This document shows, one piece after another, positions 9,553 to 18,645 of a stretch of DNA of 64,000 nucleotides. The position numbers and the translations under genes are program-made. Below the pieces are notes generated by a model. That model was not told the origin of the DNA and did not search any database. It saw only the letters and a program-made list of their open reading frames with translations. Origin of the DNA: a virus; the IMG/VR virus record IMGVR_UViG_3300025030_000061, positions 1-64,000 of that record, one strand, 5' to 3'. Numbering within the stretch: the stretch's first letter is position 1; each line of letters begins with the position of its first letter.

Positions 9553-9858
9553 CTAGTCCTCCTTCCTGGTGTCGGGCTGCCCCAGCTCGTCGCTGTAGTA
9601 GATGCCGTCGGCGGGTACCCGGCGGCGGTCCTTGCAGACCGGGCAGGTGCCGATTTCGAAGCCGCAGCTCTTGGCGTAGTAGCAGGTCGGGTCCATCGGT
9701 CCGGTGTATGCGGGCTCCGGCTTTATGATCTCCCCCACGATGGCCTCGCGGACCTTTTCGAGTTCCGCCACCGAGATGATGGTCCCTGCGTACCCCTCGG
9801 CGCTTCTGAGCAGCCGGTCGACGATGCCGAGCGCTGCGTCCAGTGTCACTTTGCTCAT
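9553..9858 (-). CDS. hypothetical phage protein
   Basis: 101-aa ORF with coupled start/stop. Confidence 0.55.
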   Translation of the reverse strand: MSKVTLDAALGIVDRLLRSAEGYAGTIISVAELEKVREAIVGEIIKPEPAYTGPMDPTCYYAKSCGFEIGTCPVCKDRRRVPADGIYYSDELGQPDTRKED

Positions 9859-10535
9859 GCCTGGGCTCCTTTGATCTTCACTGAGAAGGATGGTTTGTAT
9901 GGGCCTGCTCCGCCGTCAGCTCGTTCCGCGACCTCCTGGAGCACCGTTAGTCCCTCATGGGTCACCTCCATGTCGAAGCTGAGTTCGTCTTCGGCAAGCA
10001 TCTCGACAGTGACCAGCAGTTTGTCGTTTTGGGGGACCATGTGCTGGGTCCTCTGGAGCAGTGCCCGCTCGTCTTCGAGTTCGGGGCAGTCCCCGTTGCC
10101 GCGGGAATCGTCATGCCAGGCGTCGGCTCTCTCGATCGCGTAGCCGAGTGCCTTTGTCAGCGCGGTGACCAAGCTGTCGAGCCTCTTGATTTCGTGCTGG
10201 TGCGCGTCCTTGATCGCTGCGGCGTACTGGCTGTTCGGCCTTATTGCCGCGATCGCATCCTGGATCAGCGGCCAGGCCTCCCTGACGCAGCCTCGGGCCT
10301 GGGGCGTCAGGTCGCTGATGTTGAGGACCGCGCAGAGTGTGTCGGCTGCTTCTACCGCGTCGTACAGTTGGGGGGCCGCTGCCATGAGGTTGAACATGCC
10401 CTTCTGGAAGTGGGAGTGGATCTCTCCGTTGATCTGGATACTCGCCAGCCAGTGCTTCTCTTTGTCGAGGAGGGTGGCGAAGTTCGCCTCGCCATCCAGA
10501 TGTGCGGTCCATGGTGCTCTGTGTTTTTCTTCCAT
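9855..10535 (-). CDS. hypothetical phage protein
   Basis: 226-aa ORF with APW...LMAAAPQLY motif, common in small phage accessory proteins. Confidence 0.65.
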   Translation of the reverse strand: MEEKHRAPWTAHLDGEANFATLLDKEKHWLASIQINGEIHSHFQKGMFNLMAAAPQLYDAVEAADTLCAVLNISDLTPQARGCVREAWPLIQDAIAAIRPNSQYAAAIKDAHQHEIKRLDSLVTALTKALGYAIERADAWHDDSRGNGDCPELEDERALLQRTQHMVPQNDKLLVTVEMLAEDELSFDMEVTHEGLTVLQEVAERADGGAGPYKPSFSVKIKGAQA

Positions 10536-10734
10536 GTCGTTGCTCCTTTACCTGATTGCCGCGAGTTTGGTCTGGAACCTCTGGGCCTGGATCTGCTTCG
10601 CCTTCCGCTCCAGCCAGTCGTTGAATATCTCCTGGGCTTCCGCCCGATCGAAGCCTTCCGCCATGATGAGGGCGAGGGCCTTCTCCTCTAAGGCGTCGAT
10701 GATTTCCTGTCTCGGGTTCGCCATGGCCGGGCTC

Positions 10735-11142
10735 CTAGTTGTTGATGCTCGGGGTGAAGAGGTTGAGGGTCAGCATGGCTTCCCAGCGCTGCTTGAGTTC
10801 TTCGGCGATCTCGAGGATGGTCGGCGTGGAGAGCATGTGCTCGTCGTCGAACTTTGCGAGCCAGGCGTCGGCTGCTGCCTTGTCCTCGTTTTCTTCGATG
10901 ACCTCCATCCGCGTCCTCATTTCCTGGAAGGTCATCACCTGGCGGTACCCGCAGGCGCCGGTGTCGCTGTCGTCCGCTGCCATCACCGTGTAGTGGTTCG
11001 GGTTGCCGTCCGGGTCGCCGTGGTAGTAGCGTATTTCCAGGCAGACCGTCACCGGGCCGTCGTAGTGGGTGAGGCTCCAGCAGTCCTGGCCGTGCTTGTT
11101 TTTGCCGAGGTAGAGTTGCGGGATGATCGTCAGGTTTTTCAT
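10735..11142 (-). CDS. hypothetical phage protein
   Basis: 135-aa ORF directly downstream of overlapping copies of both regulatory motifs. Confidence 0.6.
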   Translation of the reverse strand: MKNLTIIPQLYLGKNKHGQDCWSLTHYDGPVTVCLEIRYYHGDPDGNPNHYTVMAADDSDTGACGYRQVMTFQEMRTRMEVIEENEDKAAADAWLAKFDDEHMLSTPTILEIAEELKQRWEAMLTLNLFTPSINN

Positions 11143-11460
11143 GGTGTCCCCCTGGGTATGGTATGCGCTACACCAGGTATAAGCCGGGGCGCCAGAATGA
11201 TCAGCAGGTGCAGCCGAGGTCGCTGGGCGTTGCGAGTCTGGCGCGGCCGTGGATCCGACCAGTGAGGATGCAGTGCCGCTTGGCGCACTCGATTGCCCGC
11301 TCCTCGTTCCTGGCCTGGATGTACATGATGCGGCTGTCCGTCTTCTTGCCGTTGCCCTTGGTGAGGTAGACCACCCACTTCTTGAACGGCTTGTCGCGCC
11401 AGTAGGCTTCCGCGTCGAAGAAGAGGTCTGCTTGGTATGCTGTCGCCATGGTGGTTCTCC

Positions 11461-12447
11461 TTATGCCAGGGCCAGTTCCGGCGTGTAGCTCGCCTTCTCT
11501 TTCGCCCAGGGCCAGTAGTCGTCGAAGCTGCAGGTCTTGTAGAAGCGGCCGTTGACCCACCGGGCGAAGTGCTTGAGCCGGGCGTCGCCGCGCTGGTCGT
11601 ATATCATCACGTAGGGGGAGACCTTCATCTCGATCAGTCGGCGGACCCGGTACATGTCCTCGTCGAAGCTGGTGTTGTATCCCGCCAAGGTGAAGCATAG
11701 GTGCTTCCATGGGTTGATGTGCTGCAGGAGTTCCTTGATGCCGTCCATCACCTGGTGTTCGAATGGCATGAGATCCCAGGCGTAGTGCAGCGACCGGAGG
11801 TGCTTGACCTCGGCCAGGGCCTTGGCGATCTCGGGGGTGACGAACCTGACGTCGATCCCCTGGCTGATGTCGATCGTGAGGCTGCGGTCGCGGCACTCGT
11901 GGAGCTTGGCGAGGCAATCCGGATCCGCTGTGAGGTTGTTGTCCATGAGGATGAGGACGTTCGATCGAGGGTTGAGGAGGTCGCCGATGTTGCCGACGCT
12001 GTGGAGCTGTCCTTCCTTCTTGGGGACGATGCAGAACCCGCAGGTCCTGACGCATCCCCTGGTGGTGAAGCCTATTCCGGCGTCCACCAAGGTCTGGGCC
12101 TTCTGGCGCTTCGTCTCCGCCTTCATGATCCCCTTGAGGCGCGGCAGGATGTGCTCGACTCGGTAGAGGTCGTAGTCGGGGCGGCAGGCTGCGACCTCCG
12201 CCGGAAGGGTCTTCGTGTAGTCGTATCCGGTCCCGCCGAACTCGATGCTGGGGTAGATGGCCTGGAGGCGCTCGGCCTTCGCCTTGTTCCTGGTGAAGAT
12301 CACGCTGCAGTAAACCTTGTCCACGTCCCTGGCGCCGAAGTCGTTGAGGACGACCGTATCCCCCTGGGCCTTGTGGTAAGTCGATAGCTGCATGAGGGCG
12401 AGGTTCGGGAGTCTGCCGTCGTAGTCATAGAGTCCGATGCGTGCCAT
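11461..12447 (-). CDS. radical-SAM-family Fe-S protein
   Basis: TTRGCVRTCGFC (CxxxCxxC), ILMDNN, SQGIDVR; N-terminal PNLALMQLS. Confidence 0.85.
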   Translation of the reverse strand: MARIGLYDYDGRLPNLALMQLSTYHKAQGDTVVLNDFGARDVDKVYCSVIFTRNKAKAERLQAIYPSIEFGGTGYDYTKTLPAEVAACRPDYDLYRVEHILPRLKGIMKAETKRQKAQTLVDAGIGFTTRGCVRTCGFCIVPKKEGQLHSVGNIGDLLNPRSNVLILMDNNLTADPDCLAKLHECRDRSLTIDISQGIDVRFVTPEIAKALAEVKHLRSLHYAWDLMPFEHQVMDGIKELLQHINPWKHLCFTLAGYNTSFDEDMYRVRRLIEMKVSPYVMIYDQRGDARLKHFARWVNGRFYKTCSFDDYWPWAKEKASYTPELALA

Positions 12448-12762
12448 AGCTATGCCGTCCCTTTCGTCTCGTGATCCGCGAGGATTCGCTTCATGCTTTC
12501 GGGTGTGTACGCCTCGATGATCTCTAGGAGGGTCATGCGGGAGACCTTTGTGCGGATGGGTTCGCGTTGCGCCATGGCTATTCGCCTCCCTTGATTCGGT
12601 CGCTCGTTTCCTGGAGCTTCTTGATTAGGTACTCGTGGTTGTCGACGGGCACGCTGGTGAACATCTGCTCGATCACTCCCATCAGGGGGCCTTCGAGCGT
12701 TGTCGTGACGCGCTCTCCCCACACCTTTGCCTTCGCGTAGTTTTTCTTGGTGGGTGCCATGG

Positions 12763-13194
12763 CTACTTTCTCCTGATGTGTTCGGTCGACTCCTCGTCGA
12801 TCGTGATGTTGAGGGCCATCACGCAGGTGTCGCAGGTGGGGCCTTTCTCGGTCTGGGTCGCCTCATCGAAGTAGTAGGGGATCCACTTCCCTTCTTCGAT
12901 GGCTCGCTTCTCGGCGATCTTCTTCCCGCAGCAAGAGCAGGCGATCGTCTTGTTGGGCTCCAGCGTCTCGCCGGCTGCCGCTGCCCGCTTCTGCTTCTGG
13001 AGCAGTTCGTTGGCGCGACCGACGATATTCCGCCAGCTCTTGCCGGTCGCGTAGACCGCGTGCTCCTGGTCCTGCACGTAGAACTTCTCGTCGTCGGGGT
13101 TGTAGCTGATAGAGACCTTGCCGATCTGCTGTTGGTCGATTGTCGGTTTGTCGTCCCCGTCAGTCTTGAGGGTGTAGTGGAATTTCTCGGCCAT
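12763..13194 (-). CDS. hypothetical protein with C-terminal Zn-finger-like motif
   Basis: CSCC...CDTC; GGAGG RBS. Confidence 0.55.
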   Translation of the reverse strand: MAEKFHYTLKTDGDDKPTIDQQQIGKVSISYNPDDEKFYVQDQEHAVYATGKSWRNIVGRANELLQKQKRAAAAGETLEPNKTIACSCCGKKIAEKRAIEEGKWIPYYFDEATQTEKGPTCDTCVMALNITIDEESTEHIRRK

Positions 13195-14021
13195 GACTGT
13201 TTCCTCCCTTAGAGCTTGAAGGCTTCGGCGACGGTGATCTTGATCTCCATGCCGCTGCAGGTGACGGTGGCGCCCTGGGTGGGGTCGTCGGGGAGGTTGA
13301 GCTTGCCGCCGTATGCGGGGTTGAGGTTGAGGCGCTTCATCTTGTTCAGCTTCTGGATCTGCGCGGGGCTCAGGTCGTGCTGTGCCATGGTGTTCCTCCT
13401 GGTGCTGGGGTTGGTGCTGCTTCCCCTGGCCTAAGCCCTGCTGCCAGAATGATCATCCTCGCCGCGTCTCCAGAGCGCGCCGGGCGCTACCCACCAGCAG
13501 CCGTGTTCCGGGTAGAGCACCGGGACCTCTCCGGGGTGGATCCCTGTGCCTTCGACGAGCTTGCCCTTCTGGCTCGGGCAGGTCCCCATGCAGTAGGCGT
13601 GCGAGGTGACGATGCCGTCTCCGAACTGCCCGCCGTGGACCTTCTCCCCGGATCGGAATCCGCCGGGCCACTCGTCGGAGGCTTTGCCGAATTCGAGTGA
13701 CGCGATTTGGTAGTGCCAGAAGTCTTCCCGCTCTTGGCGTTCGGTCCCGTCGCAAACCCGGTCGAGGTATGCGCGGTCCTCCATCTCCTTCATGGTGTGG
13801 GGAATGGTCATGCTCTGGCTCTCCGGTACGGTCCCAGGCGCTGCTCGCACTCGGTGATGATGGCCTTGAGGGTGCGCCGGTAGTCGCGCTCCCCGCGCAC
13901 GGAGGTCTTGCTGCGCCGCAAGCTGATGGTGATGGCGAAGCCCTTGCCGGGGTCCTGGATCGTTTCCAGCTGCACCTGGGCGGCTCTTTTCTTCTCGGTT
14001 ATTCTCATGGTTTAGTCCTTG

Positions 14022-15191
14022 TCATGTTTCCACCCGTTTTCTGTAGATCTTGGTGAAACGGCCATCCACACAATGCCCCTTGCGAAGCGCGATCCGAGCC
14101 AGCCGCACCCTGGCATTATGGCTATGGTCCGATTGCCGTAGTAGCCCGAGATAACTGTTTGTGCTCCGCACCAAGTCTTCGCCGTTGTTGCTGGAGACTG
14201 CCGCTATCGCATTGTCAAAGGTCGTCCGTCTGAGCACCCGTCGCCATGGTTTTATGATCTGACCAACAAAATCCACGCCGCGCTCGATGGGCTGCAAGAT
14301 CGTCTTGCGAGGGTTGAGAGTCATGCTGAGGCGCTCTGATATGTAACTGCCGATCTCTGCTGCTGCCCGGTTCAACCATTCCGGCGACTCGTGCAGCAGC
14401 ACCATGTCGTCCACGTAGCGGATGTAATGGCGGGCACCGATGCGGTGTTTCACGCACTGGTCAAGAGGGTTCATATAGACGTTGGCAAAAAACTGGCTAC
14501 TCAGGTTGCCGATCGGCAGGCCAAGGTGAGACGGCTGGTTGAAAAGGCTCTTGTGCGGCGGGATCAGGGACAGCAGTTTCGGCGTCCCCTTGATGCGGAC
14601 GTTCTCTCGCGGGTCGTGAAATAGGATGGTGTCGGCCAGCCACATGACCCACTGCTCTCCGATCTTCGGGGCCAACAGGCACCGGAGGATATTCTTGTCG
14701 ATGCTGACGAAGAAATTGGCCACGTCTAGCTTCAGGTAATAGGCTGGCTTAGACCAGTTCTGGGTGATGCTTCTGATCTTGTGCTCCAAGCGCGTCGCTC
14801 CGTAAAGAGTGCCGCGGCCCGGTATGCAGGCGCAGCTGTCTACGATGAAGGAGCGGTGGAACCTGCCCGCTATCCGGTTGTAGAGCAGGTGATGTACGAT
14901 GCGGTCGCGGAAGTCTGCAGCCCAGACCTCGCGGGGTCTGGGCCTGGTGACGACGAAGCAGATGGATGTGCCGGGGCGGTATGTGCCATCTACCAGTTCC
15001 CGGTGGAGCGCCATGATATTGCGCTCCAGGTTGTTTTCGAACTTCAAAGCATTAATGGTATTGCGCTTGCGCCTACGACAGTCGTAGTAGGCGCAGAGCA
15101 ACTCGTCTACCGACAAATCGGCATCGTTGTAATCTGCGGACCGCCCTGACTCCGAAATTGTTGTTCTTATTGTTGTTGTTCTGGTTGCCAT
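14022..15191 (-). CDS. DGR reverse transcriptase (start codon uncertain)
   Basis: REVWAADFRDRIVHH, YYLKLDVANFF, GLPIGNLSSQFFAN (DGR-type SQ motif), YIRYVDD. Confidence 0.97.
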   Translation of the reverse strand: MATRTTTIRTTISESGRSADYNDADLSVDELLCAYYDCRRRKRNTINALKFENNLERNIMALHRELVDGTYRPGTSICFVVTRPRPREVWAADFRDRIVHHLLYNRIAGRFHRSFIVDSCACIPGRGTLYGATRLEHKIRSITQNWSKPAYYLKLDVANFFVSIDKNILRCLLAPKIGEQWVMWLADTILFHDPRENVRIKGTPKLLSLIPPHKSLFNQPSHLGLPIGNLSSQFFANVYMNPLDQCVKHRIGARHYIRYVDDMVLLHESPEWLNRAAAEIGSYISERLSMTLNPRKTILQPIERGVDFVGQIIKPWRRVLRRTTFDNAIAAVSSNNGEDLVRSTNSYLGLLRQSDHSHNARVRLARIALRKGHCVDGRFTKIYRKRVET

Positions 15192-15233
15192 TGTTGAAAT
15201 TCACGATCCAGGCGTTGTTGGAGTAGGAGGCGT
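15130..15233 (-). repeat. DGR template repeat (TR), 104 bp
   Basis: AAC/AAT-rich copy of 15790..15893; 13 mismatches, all at TR adenines. Confidence 0.97.
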
Positions 15234-15403
15234 AAAGTCATGCTGTTCACGTCGCATGACGGAAGGCTGAGCCGATCCGTCTTGAAACTGCGCCACGACC
15301 TTGCGGGACCGTGCCCGCTGGTTTCGCTGTCGGCACATTACCGTGGGGGGAATCCCCAGGGGCACGACCAGATTAATTCGCACGGACATAACCGCCGTAA
15401 CGG

Positions 15404-15757
15404 TTATGCAGCAGGCGACGATGCGAACTTGAGCCAACCGGAGGACTGTCTTCCGACCTGGTCGGTCAGCTCGATGGTTTGGGCAAATTGCCCCGTACTG
15501 ATTAGCCTCATGTCTTTGGACAGTCTGAGCATCAGCATCACCACCTGGAGGCGTTCCTGCAATGCCTCCAGGTGGTGCCGTTTGTCGCGGGCGCAATTCG
15601 CCCGGTAGACCAACACCACCAGCTCGACACACTCCTCGCGCACCTTGTTGCCGAGCGATTGCTTGTAGTCCCGCGGCATGTCCTTGGTGATGCGGGTAAC
15701 CACCTGCAAGAGCTCATAGGTGACGCGGTAAATCGGGAGAGTGGAAGCCAGTGCCAT
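15404..15757 (-). CDS. avd: DGR accessory variability determinant (Avd, four-helix bundle)
   Basis: LPIYRVTYEL..MPRDYKQSLGNKVRE..LMLRLSKDMRLIS..QVGRQSSGWLK; located between target and TR. Confidence 0.92.
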   Translation of the reverse strand: MALASTLPIYRVTYELLQVVTRITKDMPRDYKQSLGNKVREECVELVVLVYRANCARDKRHHLEALQERLQVVMLMLRLSKDMRLISTGQFAQTIELTDQVGRQSSGWLKFASSPAA

Positions 15758-15780
15758 CTGTTACCTCAATTGATAAATGG

Positions 15781-16401
15781 TTAAATTTTTAATCTGCGGA
15801 CCGCCCTGACTCCGAAATTGAAGTTCTTATCGAGGTCGTACTGGTAGCCATTGAGGAAATTCACGAACCAGGCGTAGTAGGAGTAGGAGGCGTTTTCGGT
15901 GCTGGACCAGTACCAGTTCGGCTGGAAGGCCTCTACGGCGCCTTCACGGAACAGCTCGGGGGTGTTCTTGCGCTTGGGTCCGAGGTTCCGCCAGAGCATT
16001 GCCAGTTCGTCCCGGGACGGCAGGTGCCAGTCTTCGTGACCACCGATCCGGAGGGACCGGCAGAACTGTGCTGCCGGATGGTTCGCGCCGTTGATGCGGT
16101 CGCTGTTCGCCGCGCCGTCGTCATCGCTGTCGGTGCCGTCGAAGGCGTTGAGGCTCTTCTTTTTGTATTGGATGTCCTGCTTCTCGCCTTCTACCTTCGG
16201 CGCCACCACCAGTGCGTAGCGCTCGCCGTCGATGGTCATCTCCCCGGCGAAAAACCCGCCACCGAGAGGGGTGCCAAGGGCCGCAAGGGGCTCGGCAAGG
16301 TAGAGCTTGGTTCCAATCGGCAGGGTTACGTTGGGCTCCGTCTCAATGGTGTTCTGCCACCCCGGTTGGTTGTTGTTCACTACAGTTGCGATCTGCTTCA
16401 T
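15781..16401 (-). CDS. DGR target protein, DUF1566/Lcl-C (CLec-fold) domain
   Basis: GGHEDWHLPSRDEL, WYWSSTE, AW.VNF..G..VRAVRR; C-terminus is the VR. Confidence 0.92.
   Translation of the reverse strand: MKQIATVVNNNQPGWQNTIETEPNVTLPIGTKLYLAEPLAALGTPLGGGFFAGEMTIDGERYALVVAPKVEGEKQDIQYKKKSLNAFDGTDSDDDGAANSDRINGANHPAAQFCRSLRIGGHEDWHLPSRDELAMLWRNLGPKRKNTPELFREGAVEAFQPNWYWSSTENASYSYYAWFVNFLNGYQYDLDKNFNFGVRAVRRLKI
15790..15893 (-). repeat. DGR variable repeat (VR)
   Basis: Encodes ASYSYYAWFVNFLNGYQYDLDKNFNFGVRAVRRL versus TR ASYSNNAWIVNFNNGNQNNNNKNNNFGVRAVRRL. Confidence 0.97.
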
Positions 16402-16619
16402 AGTTCCCTCCTGGTCTTAAAGTATTTGCTGCTTGTCGTACCAAGCCGCTGCTTCAGAATGATGTAGGCGGCCTTCCTCTTGGCGTCTCGGTAAAAAGTG
16501 GGGTGGCTTTCCTTCCCCTGGTGCATGTTCCACCTCCTGCGTTTTGCAGCGGGTGTCATCTAACGCGGGTTTTATAGCACAGCTTGTGTGCTATACGCTA
16601 CACCTTTTTATGATATACG

Positions 16620-18632
16620 CTACGGCTCGCCCTGGCAGGTGCCCCATCCTTTCTTGTCCGCCACTCCCTGGGCGGTTTCGCCGGCCAGCACGCGGACCGT
16701 GACTCCGCAGACCTCGCAGCGGTGGTGCTGCGGGTTGGCCTGCTGCTGCCAGTCGTGTTCGCCGGTCTTGAGGAGCTTCTTGGCCTCCTCGCTGAAATCC
16801 TGGAACGCCTTGACGTGGCCGTCGGGTTTGACGCGGGAGAGCGCCAGCTCGCAGTAGAGGTCGGCGTGCAGGAAGTGGGGGTCGAGCCCGATGTTCTCGA
16901 AGACCATCTTGTACTTGCCCTGCTTCTCGTCGATCACGACCTTGCGGCGCGCCACCTTCTGGAGGTGTACCCAGAACCATGCCTTGCAGATTCGGAGCGT
17001 CACCGGGCGGCCGACGTTGTCCTGGACGGTTGCCTCCAGGGCCAGCTCGTTTGGCTGCTCCTTGAGGCGGTGGACGTACTTCATAAGGTTCCACTCGATG
17101 CCGTGGTACCGGCTGATTTTGCAGGTGTACTTGTTCTTCGTCTCCTCGCTGCTTTTCCGCTCGCTGGCATTCTCCTTCGGTCGGTCCCCCCAGACGCAGA
17201 TATCGTCGTCTCCCTTCTTGTCGTAGGAGTAGTCTGCGAGCCAGACCCGGCCTTTCCAGCGCTTGGCGAAGCGTCGAGCCTCGTTGATGTTCGGCATGGA
17301 GTCCACGACGCAGACGTTGATGTCGTACTGCTCCATCAGCTCGTCGCAGCGCTTCCATGGGTCGTCGTCGTAGATCGCCTCGATGTGAGCGAGCCGGCTC
17401 TTGCTGGTGCCGATGATCGGGTCTTTCGGTCCCCAATACCGGATGGTCACGATATTGAAGCCTCCCATCTGGTCGACTCCCATGGCGAAGTTCTGCCCCT
17501 TGGTGAGCCAGCGGAGGTCCTGGTTGACCGTGGCGCCCAGGATGGTGTCGTTGACGATCTGGCTCTCCGGGGCCAGGTAGGCGATGCCGAGCTTGGAGTT
17601 GAAGAACTCCTGCAGGTCGCTGGCCTCCTGGTACGCCTTGAGCATCCTCTCCGCGTTCTGCCGGCAAGAGAGCGTCTGCGGGATGTGGTAGCCGATCACC
17701 TTGCTGTCGGGGTTGTGCGGGATCCAGAGCCCTTCCCTCGGGTTGATGATCGGCTCCTTGCAGACCGGGCAGATGTAGAAGGTGTCGGGCAAGTGGCGCA
17801 GGCTCGGGGTCATGCCCTGGGATTTCTCCCCGATGCAGTTGGGGAATACATCTGCCAGCACGACGCCGTCCTTGCCGTTGCATTTGCACTTGCTGTGGAA
17901 GCGGTGCTGGTTGCTCAGTTTGTAGTGCTTGTCGATGTTGGCGTCGGGGTAGCCGGCCGTGCTGAATTTGAAGTCAATCGGGTACGGGCTGTGGCTGATC
18001 CTCTCCATGGCGCGCTCGATGTCGCCGTCGAGCATCCGGCGCACCTCGTCGAAGAGGACGCCGAGCATCGGGATGGACTCAGTGGAGGTCTTGCCCTGCA
18101 TGTACGAGAAAAATATCTGTGACGGTCCCAGGGAGCGGACGCGCTTCTGGTCGGTCTTTCGCTTTTCCCCGTCGTCGGCCGTGGGATCCTCCCCCCAGAG
18201 CGGCTTGATCTCCGGGATGGATCGCACCGTCGGCTTGAAGCGGACGTCCGAGAAGATCATGGCCATGGCCTGGTCTGGGAGGAAGTAGCCGAAGTACTTC
18301 CCCCAGAACCGCATGGCGAGCCATACGAGCAGCAGGAAGCCGCCGATGGTCTTGCCTACCTGGGCGCCGCACATCCAGACCGCGGACAGTCCGTCCTCGT
18401 TGCGGTCGCCGGTCAGCTGAAACGCCTTGTATGGCTCCAGTAAATACTCGTGGCCTTCCCAGGTGAACGGCTCGTTGTCGACTCGTAGCGTCGGGCGGAT
18501 CATCTCCACGAACGTGTGGAGGTTGTCGGGCGCGTTCTTGCTGATCAGCGGCCTGGTGGCTGCGGTCATGATGTGGTCGGGGATAGCTACGCCGCGCTGT
18601 TTTAGCAGCTCCATTGCCTGCCTACGCTGCAT
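16620..18632 (-). CDS. terL: terminase large subunit (GpA-like)
   Basis: CGAQVGKT Walker A, VLFDEV Walker B, FSTAG, CPVC, AMGVDQ nuclease motif; follows the small subunit. Confidence 0.88.
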   Translation of the reverse strand: MQRRQAMELLKQRGVAIPDHIMTAATRPLISKNAPDNLHTFVEMIRPTLRVDNEPFTWEGHEYLLEPYKAFQLTGDRNEDGLSAVWMCGAQVGKTIGGFLLLVWLAMRFWGKYFGYFLPDQAMAMIFSDVRFKPTVRSIPEIKPLWGEDPTADDGEKRKTDQKRVRSLGPSQIFFSYMQGKTSTESIPMLGVLFDEVRRMLDGDIERAMERISHSPYPIDFKFSTAGYPDANIDKHYKLSNQHRFHSKCKCNGKDGVVLADVFPNCIGEKSQGMTPSLRHLPDTFYICPVCKEPIINPREGLWIPHNPDSKVIGYHIPQTLSCRQNAERMLKAYQEASDLQEFFNSKLGIAYLAPESQIVNDTILGATVNQDLRWLTKGQNFAMGVDQMGGFNIVTIRYWGPKDPIIGTSKSRLAHIEAIYDDDPWKRCDELMEQYDINVCVVDSMPNINEARRFAKRWKGRVWLADYSYDKKGDDDICVWGDRPKENASERKSSEETKNKYTCKISRYHGIEWNLMKYVHRLKEQPNELALEATVQDNVGRPVTLRICKAWFWVHLQKVARRKVVIDEKQGKYKMVFENIGLDPHFLHADLYCELALSRVKPDGHVKAFQDFSEEAKKLLKTGEHDWQQQANPQHHRCEVCGVTVRVLAGETAQGVADKKGWGTCQGEP

Positions 18633-18645
18633 TTCCTTCCGGCGT

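Larger units (their letters stand above)
14022..16401 (-). mobile_element. diversity-generating retroelement (target/VR - avd - TR - RT)
   Basis: All four components are contiguous and co-oriented; TR/VR differences occur only at template adenines. Confidence 0.97.

Noticed and set aside
14022-15191. RT as a retron, group II intron or Abi RT
   Set aside because: The SQ motif, adjacent avd and TR/VR pair identify it as a DGR RT; no maturase or endonuclease domain is present.
15158-15200. (TTG)n microsatellite
   Set aside because: It is the AAC codon run of the DGR template repeat.
16558-16603. ATCTAAC followed by hairpin TATAGCACA-GCTTG-TGTGCTATA as a second attC
   Set aside because: No closing GTT box at the expected distance; the right arm is explained by the operator copy at 16589.
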